64,000 nt of DNA from Hypanus sabinus (taxonomy: Eukaryota). The DNA is taken from positions 149,482,001 to 149,546,000 of the forward strand of contig NC_082710.1 in assembly GCF_030144855.1 (NCBI RefSeq), in the 5' to 3' direction. The notes under the pieces are model-generated. The model made no database searches. It was not told where the DNA came from and saw nothing but the letters and a program-made list of their open reading frames with translations. Below are positions 53,976 to 64,000 of this stretch, piece after piece. Every line of letters begins with the position of its first letter. Within the stretch, counting starts at the first letter, position 1. The position numbers and the translations under genes are program-made.

Positions 53976-54139
53976 ATGCTTACCTGGCAGGGAACCGTCG
54001 GTGATCAGGAGGGCGGAGGTTCCGGGACGAGGCTATCCCATTGCACTCCGGGTGTGCTGACGCCCGCGATGTCCCCAAATGCGGCATACTCGACTGGATA
54101 ATTTGTGTTAGTGGGGGACTGAGTTCGCGCTCTGTACTG
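53976..54139 (+). ncRNA. RNU1: U1 snRNA variant, full length (164 nt), degenerate (variant gene or young pseudogene)
   Basis: ATGCTTACCTGGCAG...GATCAGGAGG...ATTGCACTCC...AATTTGTG...GGGGGACTG. It carries A3G and mismatches in helix H, SL1, SL3 and SL4. Confidence 0.9.
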
Positions 54140-54221
54140 GTCTAATACACAAAAAAATAGAATGTAATGATTCTAAGTAAGCTGTATTTAATGTTTCCAA
54201 ATGCTGAATGACAGGGACACG

Positions 54222-54325
54222 AGTCCTATCGAAGGGTCTCGGCCCGAAACGTTGACTGTTCGTTTCCACGGATGCTGCCCGATCTGCTAGTTCCTCCAGC
54301 GTGTTGCTTTGACCCCAGCATCCGC
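54222..54325 (+). mobile_element. Penelope-associated repeat with degenerate minimal type I hammerhead
   Basis: AGTC-CTATCGA-AGGGTCTCGGCCC-GAAA-CG-TT-GACT: stem I (AGTC/GACT), stem II and GAAA are present, but the CUGANGA core is mutated. Confidence 0.6.
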
Positions 54326-54894
54326 CCAGTGATTTGTCTGGACACAGGAGTTCGTCGGGGTGTAAAAACCAGACTTAAGTTCTCTGTGGGCGGCAGGAAA
54401 ACTATCCTTCTTGTGTTCCTTGATCTAAATACAGAAGACCCTGTCACTTTGATCTGGACCACACCTTTCAGTAAGCTGGTCTATTAACTTGGTTCTATTA
54501 ACCTGGTAGCAGCCTCGGGTCTTCGAACATTAGACACCCTTGGCCAGGCGACCGAGCCAGGGTCGATCACTCGGTCTGTGGTTTTCCCCCATGGACCAAG
54601 ATAATGAAAGACGCGTGACTTGGATGGTTCGGGCATTTTAGACCACGTTCTTTAGGTCTATTTTGAACACGTGGGGAATGGGATGTTTCCGGAACCCTCT
54701 GCCCAGACCATCCGGCGGCATCCCTCATCCCCACGCCTCACCAACAGGCACAAAGACTCCGCCTGGCTGGCGGCGGGCGGGAGTTACCCTCCACCCTCCC
54801 ACCCCATCCCACTCTGCCCCAGTCAAATCCTTCCTGCATATCCGGAGCGTCATTTCACAATCTGTCTTCTTTAAAGTAGTTAATACTTTTCATA

Positions 54895-54990
54895 ATGCAT
54901 TGCTCCGTACTGCTGTCGCCCAAAACAAGACATTTGATGACATACGCCAGCGATATAAAATCTGCATCTGATTCTGATTCTGATTCGGAT
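54895..54990 (+). mobile_element. Rex1-type LINE 3' tail ending in (GATTCT)n
   Basis: Same tail as the Rex1 copy at 61,960-62,035. Confidence 0.6.
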
Positions 54991-55739
54991 CCGGATCAAG
55001 CAGTACAGGTGGGGGCGGGGGGAATGGGTGATTGTTCAGCAATTTGTAGACCTTCAGGGTCAGGCCGGCATCACGACCGAGTGAAGAGCGGAAATCTCCA
55101 GTATAAAGAAGAGAAGGGGAGGGGTGAGGCAAGGTAAGTGATGAACTGAGGGAAAGGTAAGGATTACGGGCAGGTTGAGCTAGGGGTGGAAGGGTTGGAG
55201 TCGGGGGGGGGGCAAAAAGATGGATAAAAAATACTGAGAAGGGTGGATTGAGGCAGAGGGAATGCAAGCACGAGGCGCAGAGAATCAGCCCATTTGGCCT
55301 TAAATCTGATCATCACTGATCCAATACAGACCTCACCGCCTCTGTTCCGGTTCCCTAGAGTCTCAAAACGCAGTTTGCTTCAAACCGTATTTATATCTTT
55401 ATATACCCCGAGTGGTCTCGTCTCCAAAGATCTCCAGAATCAGGAATTTCACCACACTCCGTGACGGAACTCATTTTTACATCACATCCCTCCGGCGACT
55501 GTCCACGCATTGAGGCTCTCCAACTAGTGTCCGATATGACAAAGATCTTGCACCAGAACCATTAACCGTTTCTCTTTCTGCAGAAGCTGACTGACCCCCT
55601 GAGTGTTCTCCCTTCATCTCCCTGTCAACAAAAGTCCAAGTCCGACCTTACTGTCCCTCTCCAAGAAAAACCTCCCGTCAATTGGATGGCACGCATTCCA
55701 CATCATGTCTTGTCTTCAGCAGTAACCCCAACATAAGCG

Positions 55740-56090
55740 GAAAACAAGCAGCTGGCACAGAACAGCAGTGGGAGACCCGTTTGTTCGAGATGGATTGCAA
55801 GCGACGTTCGGAAGGTGGTGTGGGCGCTCGCACTGGCCGAGGGCCCAGCGTGTGAGTGACAGAGAAGTTCAAGATGAGCTCCAAACCTGTGCACATTTGA
55901 CTGTTTAATTAGAATGGGCCCTTTTCTTTCTGTTATCCTTTACTAACCCTTTACTTAAGTAAGATCAATAAATGTGATACCTTTAACTGTGTGCAGTGTA
56001 CTGTCCGTTATTTCGTGGTACGAATTCGTAACAAAGTAGCAAATTACACAACATCCACACTGACAGTGGGGTTTGAGGTGAGCCCGAGCT
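55740..56090 (+). mobile_element. Possible LTR-like interspersed repeat
   Basis: Composition and AATAAA (~55,967) only. Family not identified. Confidence 0.25.
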
Positions 56091-56760
56091 GTCTCAATCT
56101 CCCACGTTTGGAAGGACCGGAGATTGTCTTCCCTAGACTTCCGCAGCCGAGGAAACCAGAGCGTTTCATAGATTTTCAGTATTGTGTTTAATTTGCACAA
56201 TTTGTCTTCTTTCGCACATTGGTTGTCAGTCTTTTTTCGTTTATTCTATTCTGTTTCATTGTTTTCCTGTAACTCCTGCAAGACACTGGATCCCATGGCA
56301 GTATATGATAATGTATACGCATTTTGATAAAAATTTTACTCTACATTACTGTAGGAAGCGTGTTGCCTTAGTGAGTCTACCCGCATTACTGTTCACAACA
56401 GTGCGCGAATGGTCGTGACCACTTAGTCCCGCATCAACCCTTATTTATCTTTAAGTCCTCAGCCCTAGGCGGAACAAAATCATAATGAATACATATTGAT
56501 ATCAATTCGTGATATTATGGTCACGGTTCCTCAATTTACCCATTCCTCTGACAAAACAGCACATGCAAATTGCCCGACCCCTTAATAAATTCTCTGTCTC
56601 TGTGACGCCGGCTATGAGCTCCGGAGAACGCCAGCTGAGACTGTCTGCTCACGGTGAAGGCCTGGTGGTCCGAGACGAAAAGGACGAAGCAGTGGCGGGG
56701 TTTGAAAGCGGGCAGGATCCCAGTCACAAGCCCGCAATCGATTAATTAAAATTGGTGATG

Positions 56761-56792
56761 GTGACACCTAGTGGCTGTTGTCAGAACTGCAG
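56761..56792 (-). promoter_or_regulatory. Orphan CTCF-like site paralogous to those upstream of the U1 genes
   Basis: Minus strand CTGCAGTTCTGACAACAGCCACTAGGTGTCAC. No octamer or U1 gene follows. Confidence 0.65.
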
Positions 56793-57109
56793 GTGCGTTG
56801 TCAGGCCCCACACAATGGTACAGTAATCCGGGTCAGTGGGCGCACCCGCAGGAATACGATTCCAGTCGATTTCAGACGGCCCAGGATAAATCCATGGAGT
56901 TAATCCGAGGGGCGGGGGTTCAGCTAGAGCTGGGGAGTCGGCTGTCGACAAAAACAGCAGAGTGTGGGCCGTCACACCAAGACATCGAGACCGTCCGGAG
57001 TCACAACGACTGACCGACACCGACATGCTCAGCGTTCTTCGCCCTCAGAGGAGAAACAAGAATAAAGGGGAGAGAGCAGAGCGGCTGCGATCCGAGAACG
57101 CGCCAGTGA

Positions 57110-57590
57110 AAAGGGTGCAGAGAGAGGCAGGATGCGCGGAAGAATCATGGAAACACGCCTCTCCGCCGTGGACCCAGCCTACACCTCGCTCCCTCGGTAA
57201 GGCAGCGAAACTAGCCAAAGACCCCACCCATTTCAGAATCCCCCCACCCCCTTTCCCATCGGGCAGATGATACAAAACCCTGCGAGACCGTACCTACCAC
57301 CAGGCTCAAGAATAGCTTCCATCCCACTGCTATACGAATATTTATTGTTTTCCCTGTAGGATAAGATGCCGTCCTGATCTCACAGTCTCCTTCGTCAGGA
57401 TCTTGCACCTTATTCTCTGCCTGCAGTGTACTTTCTCTACACTGGAACGTTTTCAGCAGCGCTTTGTTATTGCTTTAGCTTGTTTTACCTTGACGCCCTG
57501 TGTAATGTTCTCTATCAACAGTAAATAGGGCAAGTTTTCCAGTGCAGCTCGGTACGTGTGACAACATTAAACCAAGCCCAGTTCCAATTC
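57110..57590 (+). mobile_element. Rex1/Babar-type LINE 3' fragment
   Basis: KDPTH...FPSGR*YKTL..TTRLKNSFHPTAIR followed by a 3' UTR. Confidence 0.7.
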
Positions 57591-57749
57591 CACGCGCATG
57601 TGGCAACATGAAGACGAACAGGGCGACGAGCCCGGTGAAGCACGGTCAGATTGAACAAGTAGAGTGAAGCGAATGCCAGCCTCGTAGAGTCCCGAGGAAA
57701 GCGGGGAGGCGGCGGAAGATCCCGAGTGGATCTGCTAACCCGGTGCGGC

Positions 57750-58415
57750 TCAACGGAACCTAAGAAGGGAATGAGCAGAGTTCTCTGAGTCAAAAAGTAC
57801 CCTGATCTCCCCGGCTGATTCCAGGGACACATACCCAGACGAACACCAACTGTGCTGGAAGAACATCAACTCGGTGAAAGACGCCCTTTGAACTAACTGT
57901 AACTTACAGCACACTACGGGCCATTCGCTGTGCGATGTTTTGCCGATCTTATAACCTAGTCTGTGATCAATCTAACATTCCCCTCCTACAGAGCCCTTCA
58001 TATTGCCACCATCCACGTGCCTATCCAAAAGTTTCATAAATCTCCCTTCTGTCTGCCTCTACCACCACAGTGGACATCGTGGTTTTCCGGAACATCGACG
58101 TGATGGAGGAATGCTGCCGGCTGGCCGGCTGGCCGGCTGACACGTGGCGAGGGGACGCACTGACGCTCGGCGCAGACACCGAGCACCTCTAGGGTTTTCC
58201 ACGACTGGACAGGGAGGGACCGGCATGGGCGGGGGTTCCTGATTTACTGCAGTCGTGTACCTTGGTAGGTGACATACGGCAACAGTGACATTTCTTCTAC
58301 GAAATGTAATTGTGCACTGCATAACACATCGTGTGTGAACGTGAGCATGAAATGTTTGGGTTATCCTTCTAAATATTTATTTTTATTATGAATACGATTT
58401 ATTTTAGTTTAAAAA
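57750..58415 (+). mobile_element. Tx1-clade ORF2 3' fragment with a nested antisense CR1/SINE-tail insertion (~57,895-58,075)
   Basis: PGTH..CWKNINSVKDAL, then VFRNIDVMEECCRLA, RDALTLGA, and a T-rich 3' end. Confidence 0.75.
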
Positions 58416-58659
58416 TATCACACTTCAGGCAATCTCATCATGCCCTCCTTGGTCCCGAAGTTCCAGAACGGTGAACAGAGGGTGGGTGACGTGGGGCTAC
58501 AGGAGTGAGGATGCTGGACAATGGGAGAAGGTGGATGTGGGGTTCGAGAGACCGCACGGTAAATGGTAGCGCTACAGAGAGTTGTACAACAGAGAGACCG
58601 AGGAGGGCAGGCACATAATTCCCCGGCAGTGGTAACACAGGTAGGGAAAGCGGTAATGA

Positions 58660-58850
58660 AAGCACTCTGACTTTCTGTCAGGGTATTGGCGGCAGGAGTT
58701 GGGATGTCGTGTTACAACTACACAAGATGAGAGTGGTACATTTGGAGTCCAGCGCACAGAGCTGATCATCCAGCTACGGGGAGAATAGCAGTAAATTCGA
58801 AAGGGTGCAGATAAGATTCATGTCGCCGGTTCTGGAAGGCTTGAGTATAT
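58660..58850 (+). mobile_element. CR1-type LINE ORF2 fragment
   Basis: RSWDVVLQLHK...HLE...KFERVQIRF resembles CR1 'LYKTLVRPHLEY..LERVQ.RF'. Confidence 0.6.
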
Positions 58851-59004
58851 GAGAGGGCCGATGGGTCGGCTTCCCTTCCGAGATTCTTCTCTGCTTCTGA
58901 ACCGCTCTGAGCCGAGGATTTCCCGCCGGATCCTTCTTGCCTTGTCCAGGTCAATCGCTCACTTCCACCCCCAGACCCTTTTCCAGTCCCCTGGAAAATG
59001 GAGG

Positions 59005-59752
59005 TCGAGTTAAGATGGCGCTAAACGGCGACTCCTTTGCTTGCGTCTTCCAAAACAGCTCTATTCATCTTTTTGAGGACCCCGACCTGGAGTTCCACGC
59101 AGACCTCGGTTCCTGCGGGAATGGGACTCTTTCTCGAGGTTTCAGGACTGGCCGTTATCCGACATGCCGAAGATTCGGCCGAGAGTCTCGCTCGGATTAG
59201 GAAGCCCAAGATCTCGGGGCTCCGGGGGCGGGCGGATCGAGGGTCGGTGTCACGGCAGGAGACTCGCGTGTCGTCGGGAGGCCGGAAAATCTTTCGCTGT
59301 GGGCCCGAAGACCCGGGATCTTTGCGATCTTCGGACACAGAGCTCGAAAAAAAGCTACGAAACGGACTTCTACCATCGTAAGCCGGCGGGTTGTTGTTAT
59401 GTTCCCCGTTCGTTGAGAAAATGGGGGACACCTCCCTCTCCCTTACTAGGGAGGGAGAGAACCTGTGGTTTGTCGAATGTCGGATGAAATGCGATAGTCT
59501 CTGGGGTAACTGCAAGTCTGTGTCTTTGCTATTGTCTATCTCATGCTTGTGCTCGGTGGCGGTAACGATGCGCTTTCAGACTTAGACGGGAGGCGTTGCT
59601 CGCAGCCGCTTACGCGCGGGAGGGCTGAGCTGGGGGGAACTTTGGGGTTCTCAAGTTTAACTGTCATTCATTCTTTAGCGCACTTCTCTGTTTTCGTGGA
59701 TGTTTGCGAAGAAAAAGCATTTCAGGATGCATATTGTATGCTCTTCTCTGAA
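59005..59752 (+). mobile_element. Unclassified CpG-rich interspersed repeat (probably a non-autonomous retroelement)
   Basis: Sharp compositional block beginning AAGATGGCGC and ending in a LINE-like tail (AAAGCATTTCAGGATGCATATTGTATG). No coding motif. Confidence 0.35.
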
Positions 59753-60373
59753 CCCTCTCCTGTAGTGTGGCTGCCCTGCTTTTCAGGATTAGCGTTAGGA
59801 TCAGATTTATCATCACTCAATTTAACTCAGACGTAAGTAGTTTATTTATTGTGTAAAATGTTCGCTGTTCATAATAAAACGACATCTTCTGAGTCTCCAC
59901 ACCTTCTGGACTTGATCCAATGGAACTATTGTGACCCTCAACCCAATCTTCATCCTGTAAGCAACATTTTGTTGGTCTGGTCGGTTTCCCCTCATTACTG
60001 TACTATCACGAACAGTGCACATTCCCAGCTTTTGATAGAAAGGGGTCATAGTGGGTATTTTCATTAATTCTGTAACTTTATGGTCACTGTTTCTCAATTC
60101 CCTAATCGTCAAACCAACCCTTCCCAGTGACGCAACAATACATGGAAATAATCCGTTCCCTCATTCAATCCTCAATACCAGAGACACTCCAAGTCCTCGA
60201 GTTTGCCCCAGCCATCCTCCAGGAGCGCCCGCCGATATTGACTGCACACAGTGAGAGTCTGAGGCTTATAGTCAAGTAGAGGAAGAGCAGAGACGGGTAC
60301 CTGATAGCGGACAGGAACCACAGATCTCATCCCGGTCCCGGTCACATGCCGATGAATGAAACCCCGGGATAAT

Positions 60374-60405
60374 GTGACACCTAGCGGGCAACCTCAGAAC
60401 TGCAG
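60374..60405 (-). promoter_or_regulatory. CTCF-like site with upstream motif
   Basis: Minus strand CTGCAGTTCTGAGGTTGCCCGCTAGGTGTCAC. Confidence 0.6.
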
Positions 60406-60439
60406 GTGAGTTTTCGGGTCGTCTCCTATTATGGAATAT

Positions 60440-60447
60440 ATGCAAAT
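60440..60447 (+). promoter_or_regulatory. Octamer ATGCAAAT (DSE of U1 copy 2), -206
   Basis: Perfect octamer at the canonical DSE distance. Confidence 0.85.
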
Positions 60448-60584
60448 ACAAAATCGAGTGCAGTGCGAGATTCTTGAAAGCTGCAGTTATGTTTAAAGGC
60501 TACAAGATCTGAATGATAACACATAGAGCTAGATTAGATGAATTGTCTTTCGGAAATATAAATATAAAAGGTTTGAAATTCTGG

Positions 60585-60606
60585 GTCGTGTTGATGTTAA
60601 GGAGTG
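60585..60606 (+). promoter_or_regulatory. Putative PSE of U1 copy 2, starting at -61
   Basis: Position, and conservation with copy 1. Confidence 0.6.
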
Positions 60607-60645
60607 ATGTGCATGGCTGGCTGAGTGCGACAATGGTGTAAAAGC

Positions 60646-60809
60646 ATACTTACCTGGCAGGGAACTGTCGGTGATCAGGAAGGCCGAGGTTCCAGGACGA
60701 GGCTATCCCATTGCACTCCGGGTGTGCTGACGCCTGCGATGTCCCCAAATGCGGGATACTCGACTGCACAATTTGTGGTAGTGGGGGACTGCGTTCGCGC
60801 TTTCCCCTG
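60646..60809 (+). ncRNA. RNU1: U1 snRNA gene (164 nt), variant stem-loop I, probably functional
   Basis: Canonical ATACTTACCTG 5' end, U1A loop ATTGCACTCC, Sm site AATTTGTGG, and canonical SL4 GGGGACTGCGTTCGCGCTTTCCCCTG. Stems are preserved by compensatory changes. Confidence 0.96.
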
Positions 60810-60811
60810 AT

Positions 60812-60829
60812 GTTTAAACAAAAGGAAGA
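60812..60829 (+). terminator. Candidate snRNA 3' box
   Basis: GTTTAAACAAAAGGAAGA resembles GTTTN0-3AAARNNAGA but lies closer to the gene end than usual. Confidence 0.4.
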
Positions 60830-61229
60830 TTAATAATTTGTGAGCGGAGTTTGGGCTGTGACACTTACTGTTTATGCTCTACTTGAATAAATTGCTTCTG
60901 GTGGATTACCAACTCGGTTCGGTGAAAGTCGCTCTTTAGTCGGCTGGTAAATTATTATTCTATCAGCACATCAGGAAGGGCTCTGCCGCTGGTTTATCCC
61001 AGCGTGCAGATGTACGTGTACAGCAGAGGGACGCATTGAAGCTTGGTGCAACTCGTTGGGGAAGGACCACGGTGCAGAGTTCTTCTCCTCTGAGGGAGGG
61101 ATCGGGATGGAGAAGAAGGCCCTCAATTATTCTAGTATTTGATTAAAAAAGAGTGCCACGTGAGTGGGTGAAGTACTAGAACAGTAAGTAAAGCATTGAA
61201 TATGCATGTCTAAATGGAAAAGCGTTAGC

Positions 61230-62035
61230 TTGTAGGCACAACTCAAACGCCATCTATAAATTTGCTGACAACGCAACCATTGTTGGCAGAATTTCACACG
61301 GTGACAAGAGGGCGTACAGGAGCAAGATATATCAGCTAGTTGAGTGGTATGGAAGCAACAACCGGTCCTCATCGAGGGATCAGAGGCGGGAAGAGTGAGC
61401 ATTATCAAGTTCCTGGTTGCCAATATCTCTGAGGAGCTAGTCTGGACACAACATATGATGCAGCTACAAAATCTGTACTTCATTAGGAGTTTGAGGAGAT
61501 TCGGTATGTCAACGAACCACTCGCAAATCTCTACAGATGTACCGTGGAAAGCATTCTAACTGACTGTATCACCGTCTGGTACGGGGGTGGGGGCTACAGC
61601 ATTACATCGAAGTAAGGTGCAGGGAATTGGAAACTGCCGGCTCCATCATGGGCTCTAGCCTCTCTAGTATCTGGGAGGACATCTTCAAGGAGCAATGGAT
61701 GACTAAAAAAAAAATCATTAAGGACTCCCTTCATTCAGGTCATGCATTGTTGTCATTGCTACGACCTGGAAGGAGGTACAGAAGCGTGCAGCACACACTC
61801 AATGGCTCAGGAACAAACTCTTCTCCTCTGCCATCTGGTTTCTGAATGGACATTTAATCCATGAACACTACCTCACTACATTTTTATTTTTTTTATTTCC
61901 ACTACTTATTTAATTTAACCATATATATATTGCTGTAATTCACATCTTTCTATAGTTACGCATTGCTGTCGCAAAGACAACAGATTTCACGACATATGCC
62001 GGTGATATCAAACCCGATGCTGATTCTGATTCTGA
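61230..62035 (+). mobile_element. Rex1/Babar-type LINE, 5'-truncated, degenerate RT to 3' tail
   Basis: IYKFADNATIVGRIS..AYRS.I..LVEW; LYFIRSLRRFGMS; KDSLHSGHALLSLLRPGRRYRS; (GATTCT)n tail. Confidence 0.85.
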
Positions 62036-62059
62036 GACGCCGCACGAAAAGGAGAAGTA

Positions 62060-62980
62060 GAGTGTGTCGCTTAGCAGACTGTCCAGACCATCTGGCTGAA
62101 TACCTCACCGAGACATCTCACCAACAGGCACCCAGGCCTTGTTGGCTGGTGGTTAGAGGGCCCCTCGCAGTCACATCCTTCCTGCATGCCCGGAGCACCT
62201 CTCCGACCGCGCGCTCTCCAGAGGGGCCTGTAGGAGGGTCGCTCTCCTCTCGGCAAAGTTTGCAAAGAGGGTGTGGAGAAAGAAGCAAGGACCTATGTCG
62301 CGGTTCATCCTGAACACGTGCGAAAGGGAGCTCTGATCTACGGGCTGATCCCAGGGACACATAGGGAGAGGGACACTAACTGTGCTGGAAGATCATCAAC
62401 TCAGTGAAAGACGCCCTTTGACTGATCGAACCTTAGGGCAAGCACCAGTACTACAGGCCCTTCGCTCGACGATGTTGTCCCAATGCTTTAAACTAGTCTA
62501 TGATCCATATAACCCCTCCCGCCTGCGTGGTCCTCCACATGTCTATCATGCACATGCCCAACTCCCTAACCTATCAGCCTCTAGCCCCACCCAGGGGAGG
62601 GCATTCCATGAAACTTGTTGGTTTTCCTGGACATCAAGATGATCGATGAAGACTGCCGATCAGTATATTCCAGGCTACGGTGTACGTGACGAGGGGACGC
62701 ACTGACGCTCGGCGCAGTGGCGCAAAAAGCGCTCGGTGGGGTAGGGCCGCACCTAGGGCTCTTCCAGTACTGGGCAGGGAGGAGTCGGCTGGGGCGAGGG
62801 AGCCCCTGGTTTATTGCAGCAGTCGACCACCCCAGCAGTCGACATGTGGAAATAGTGCTATTTGTTGGTAACTAAGCACTACGCAACAGAATATATGTGA
62901 ATATAAGAATGAAAATAAGCATTGCACATTTTATTCTTCTAAATATTTATTTTTATTATGAATAATATTTATTTTGTCTC
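62060..62980 (+). mobile_element. Tx1-clade ORF2 3' fragment (zf-RVT region to 3' end) with the same nested insertion as the 57.75-kb copy
   Basis: QTVQTIWLN..LTNRH, WLVVRGPLAVTSFLHAR, LIYGLIPGTH, CWKIINSVKDAL, RDALTLGA, and a T-rich end. Confidence 0.8.
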
Positions 62981-63014
62981 TTAATTTTTGAAATGGAGCT
63001 CGCATGCACCATTT

Positions 63015-63690
63015 GCACAGGTAACTCATTCCACAGCCTGACGATCCTCTGAATGAAGATGTCCCCCCTACCATGTTCCCCTTACTCATTTCACCTTTCA
63101 CCCTTAACCCATGTCCTTCAGCTGTCGATAACCCTCATAATTTTATATGCTTCTTATAAAATTTTCACCAAATATTCTACATTCCAAAGAAAACCCCCCT
63201 AACTTATACAATATTTCCATAAACTCAGACTATCCAGTCCCTGCATTGTAAATTTTCGCTGTACTCATCCAACCTTATTTACATCTTTCCTGTCGGTAGG
63301 TGACCAAAACACCACACACTCTCTAAATCAGGCCTCACTGACGTCTTATACAACTTTAACATCACATCCTGTACTCAGTAGTTTGATTTATGAGGGCCAA
63401 TGTGCCAAAAGGTTTCTTTACGGTGGTATATGCCAGTGACGCCACTTCCGATGATTGATGGACCCATATTCCCAGATCCCTTTGTTCCACCGGTCACCGT
63501 GTCAGGCCTACCCTGCTCGGTCCTGTCGAAATTCAACACCGCGCACTTGTCTGCGTTAAATTACATCTGCCATTTCCAGTCCATTCATCCAGCTGGTCCA
63601 GATCTCGCTACAAGCTCCGATAGTCTTCCTCACTGTCCACTATGCCCCTAATTTTGGTGTCATCCGTAAATTTGTTGGCCAGTTAACCAC
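63015..63690 (-). mobile_element. CR1-type LINE RT/3' fragment
   Basis: Minus strand KFTDDTKIRGIVDSEED...LEMADVI, plus CR1-like C-terminal sequence. Confidence 0.8.
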
Positions 63691-63700
63691 ATTGTTCAGA

Positions 63701-63704
<4 letters not shown>

Positions 63705-63775
<71 letters not shown>
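63705..63775. repeat. Compound microsatellite (AT)21(GT)14
   Basis: Read directly from the sequence. Confidence 0.97.
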
Positions 63776-63776
<1 letters not shown>

Positions 63777-63781
63777 CCTCT

Positions 63782-64000
63782 TTACAGATTTGTTCCTCTG
63801 AATCCAGCGCTGTTGGGGGTTCTATAATGCCCCGTTACAATAGTCCTACCATTATTATTCCTCAGTTCCACCCATATAGCTCCACTAGACGAGTTCTCCA
63901 CTGCCGTAACAGTTTCCCAGAGTAGGAACACCACCCCTCCCCCGGTAGTTCCCCCTGCTCTGTCTCGTCTCAAAGAGCGGAACCCTGGGTTATCCAGTTT
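63782..64000 (-). mobile_element. CR1-type LINE endonuclease fragment
   Basis: RRDRAGGTTGGGVVFLL...AIWVELRNNNG..GHYRTPNS matches the CR1 APE motifs 'RRDR..GGGV', 'IWVEL' and 'YRPP'. Confidence 0.8.

Noticed and set aside
59021-59515. 164-aa ORF and overlapping ORFs
   Set aside because: This is a GC-rich repeat with open frames on both strands and no protein motif.
59846-60112. Possible CR1 endonuclease remnant (LRNSDH)
   Set aside because: It is only one short motif, too weak to call.

Overview
Eukaryotic (vertebrate) genomic DNA. The repeat families suggest a cartilaginous fish, probably a ray, but this is inference. No intact protein-coding gene is present. Positions 1 to ~49,080 are one head-to-tail satellite array of about 88 monomers of ~560 bp. 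The monomers fall into subtypes A, B, C and a B/A hybrid D, arranged as ABC trimers (~1.68 kb) and ADBC tetramers (2,246 bp), with a 9.5-kb-offset internal duplication and a diverged right edge. Main observation: all but one of the monomers carry a chimeric snRNA-derived head. About 65 nt from the 5' end of U1 is fused at a microhomology to the 5' end of U2, whose branch-site recognition sequence is deleted. The U1 part matches the unusual U1 variant encoded by two full-length genes 5-12 kb past the array edge (53,976-54,139, degenerate; 60,646-60,809, apparently intact with compensatory stem changes). Each U1 gene has a PSE, an octamer and a CTCF-like site, and a third orphan CTCF-like site lies between them. 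The rest of the flank is decayed retroelements (Tx1, Rex1/Babar, CR1, LTR-like, Penelope-type hammerhead relics) and a microsatellite. Working model (inference): the 5' junction of a U2-headed Tx1 (Keno-like) insertion into a local U1 gene was amplified into the satellite. All alignments were done by eye, and reference U1/U2 and retroelement motifs are recalled from memory, not searched.
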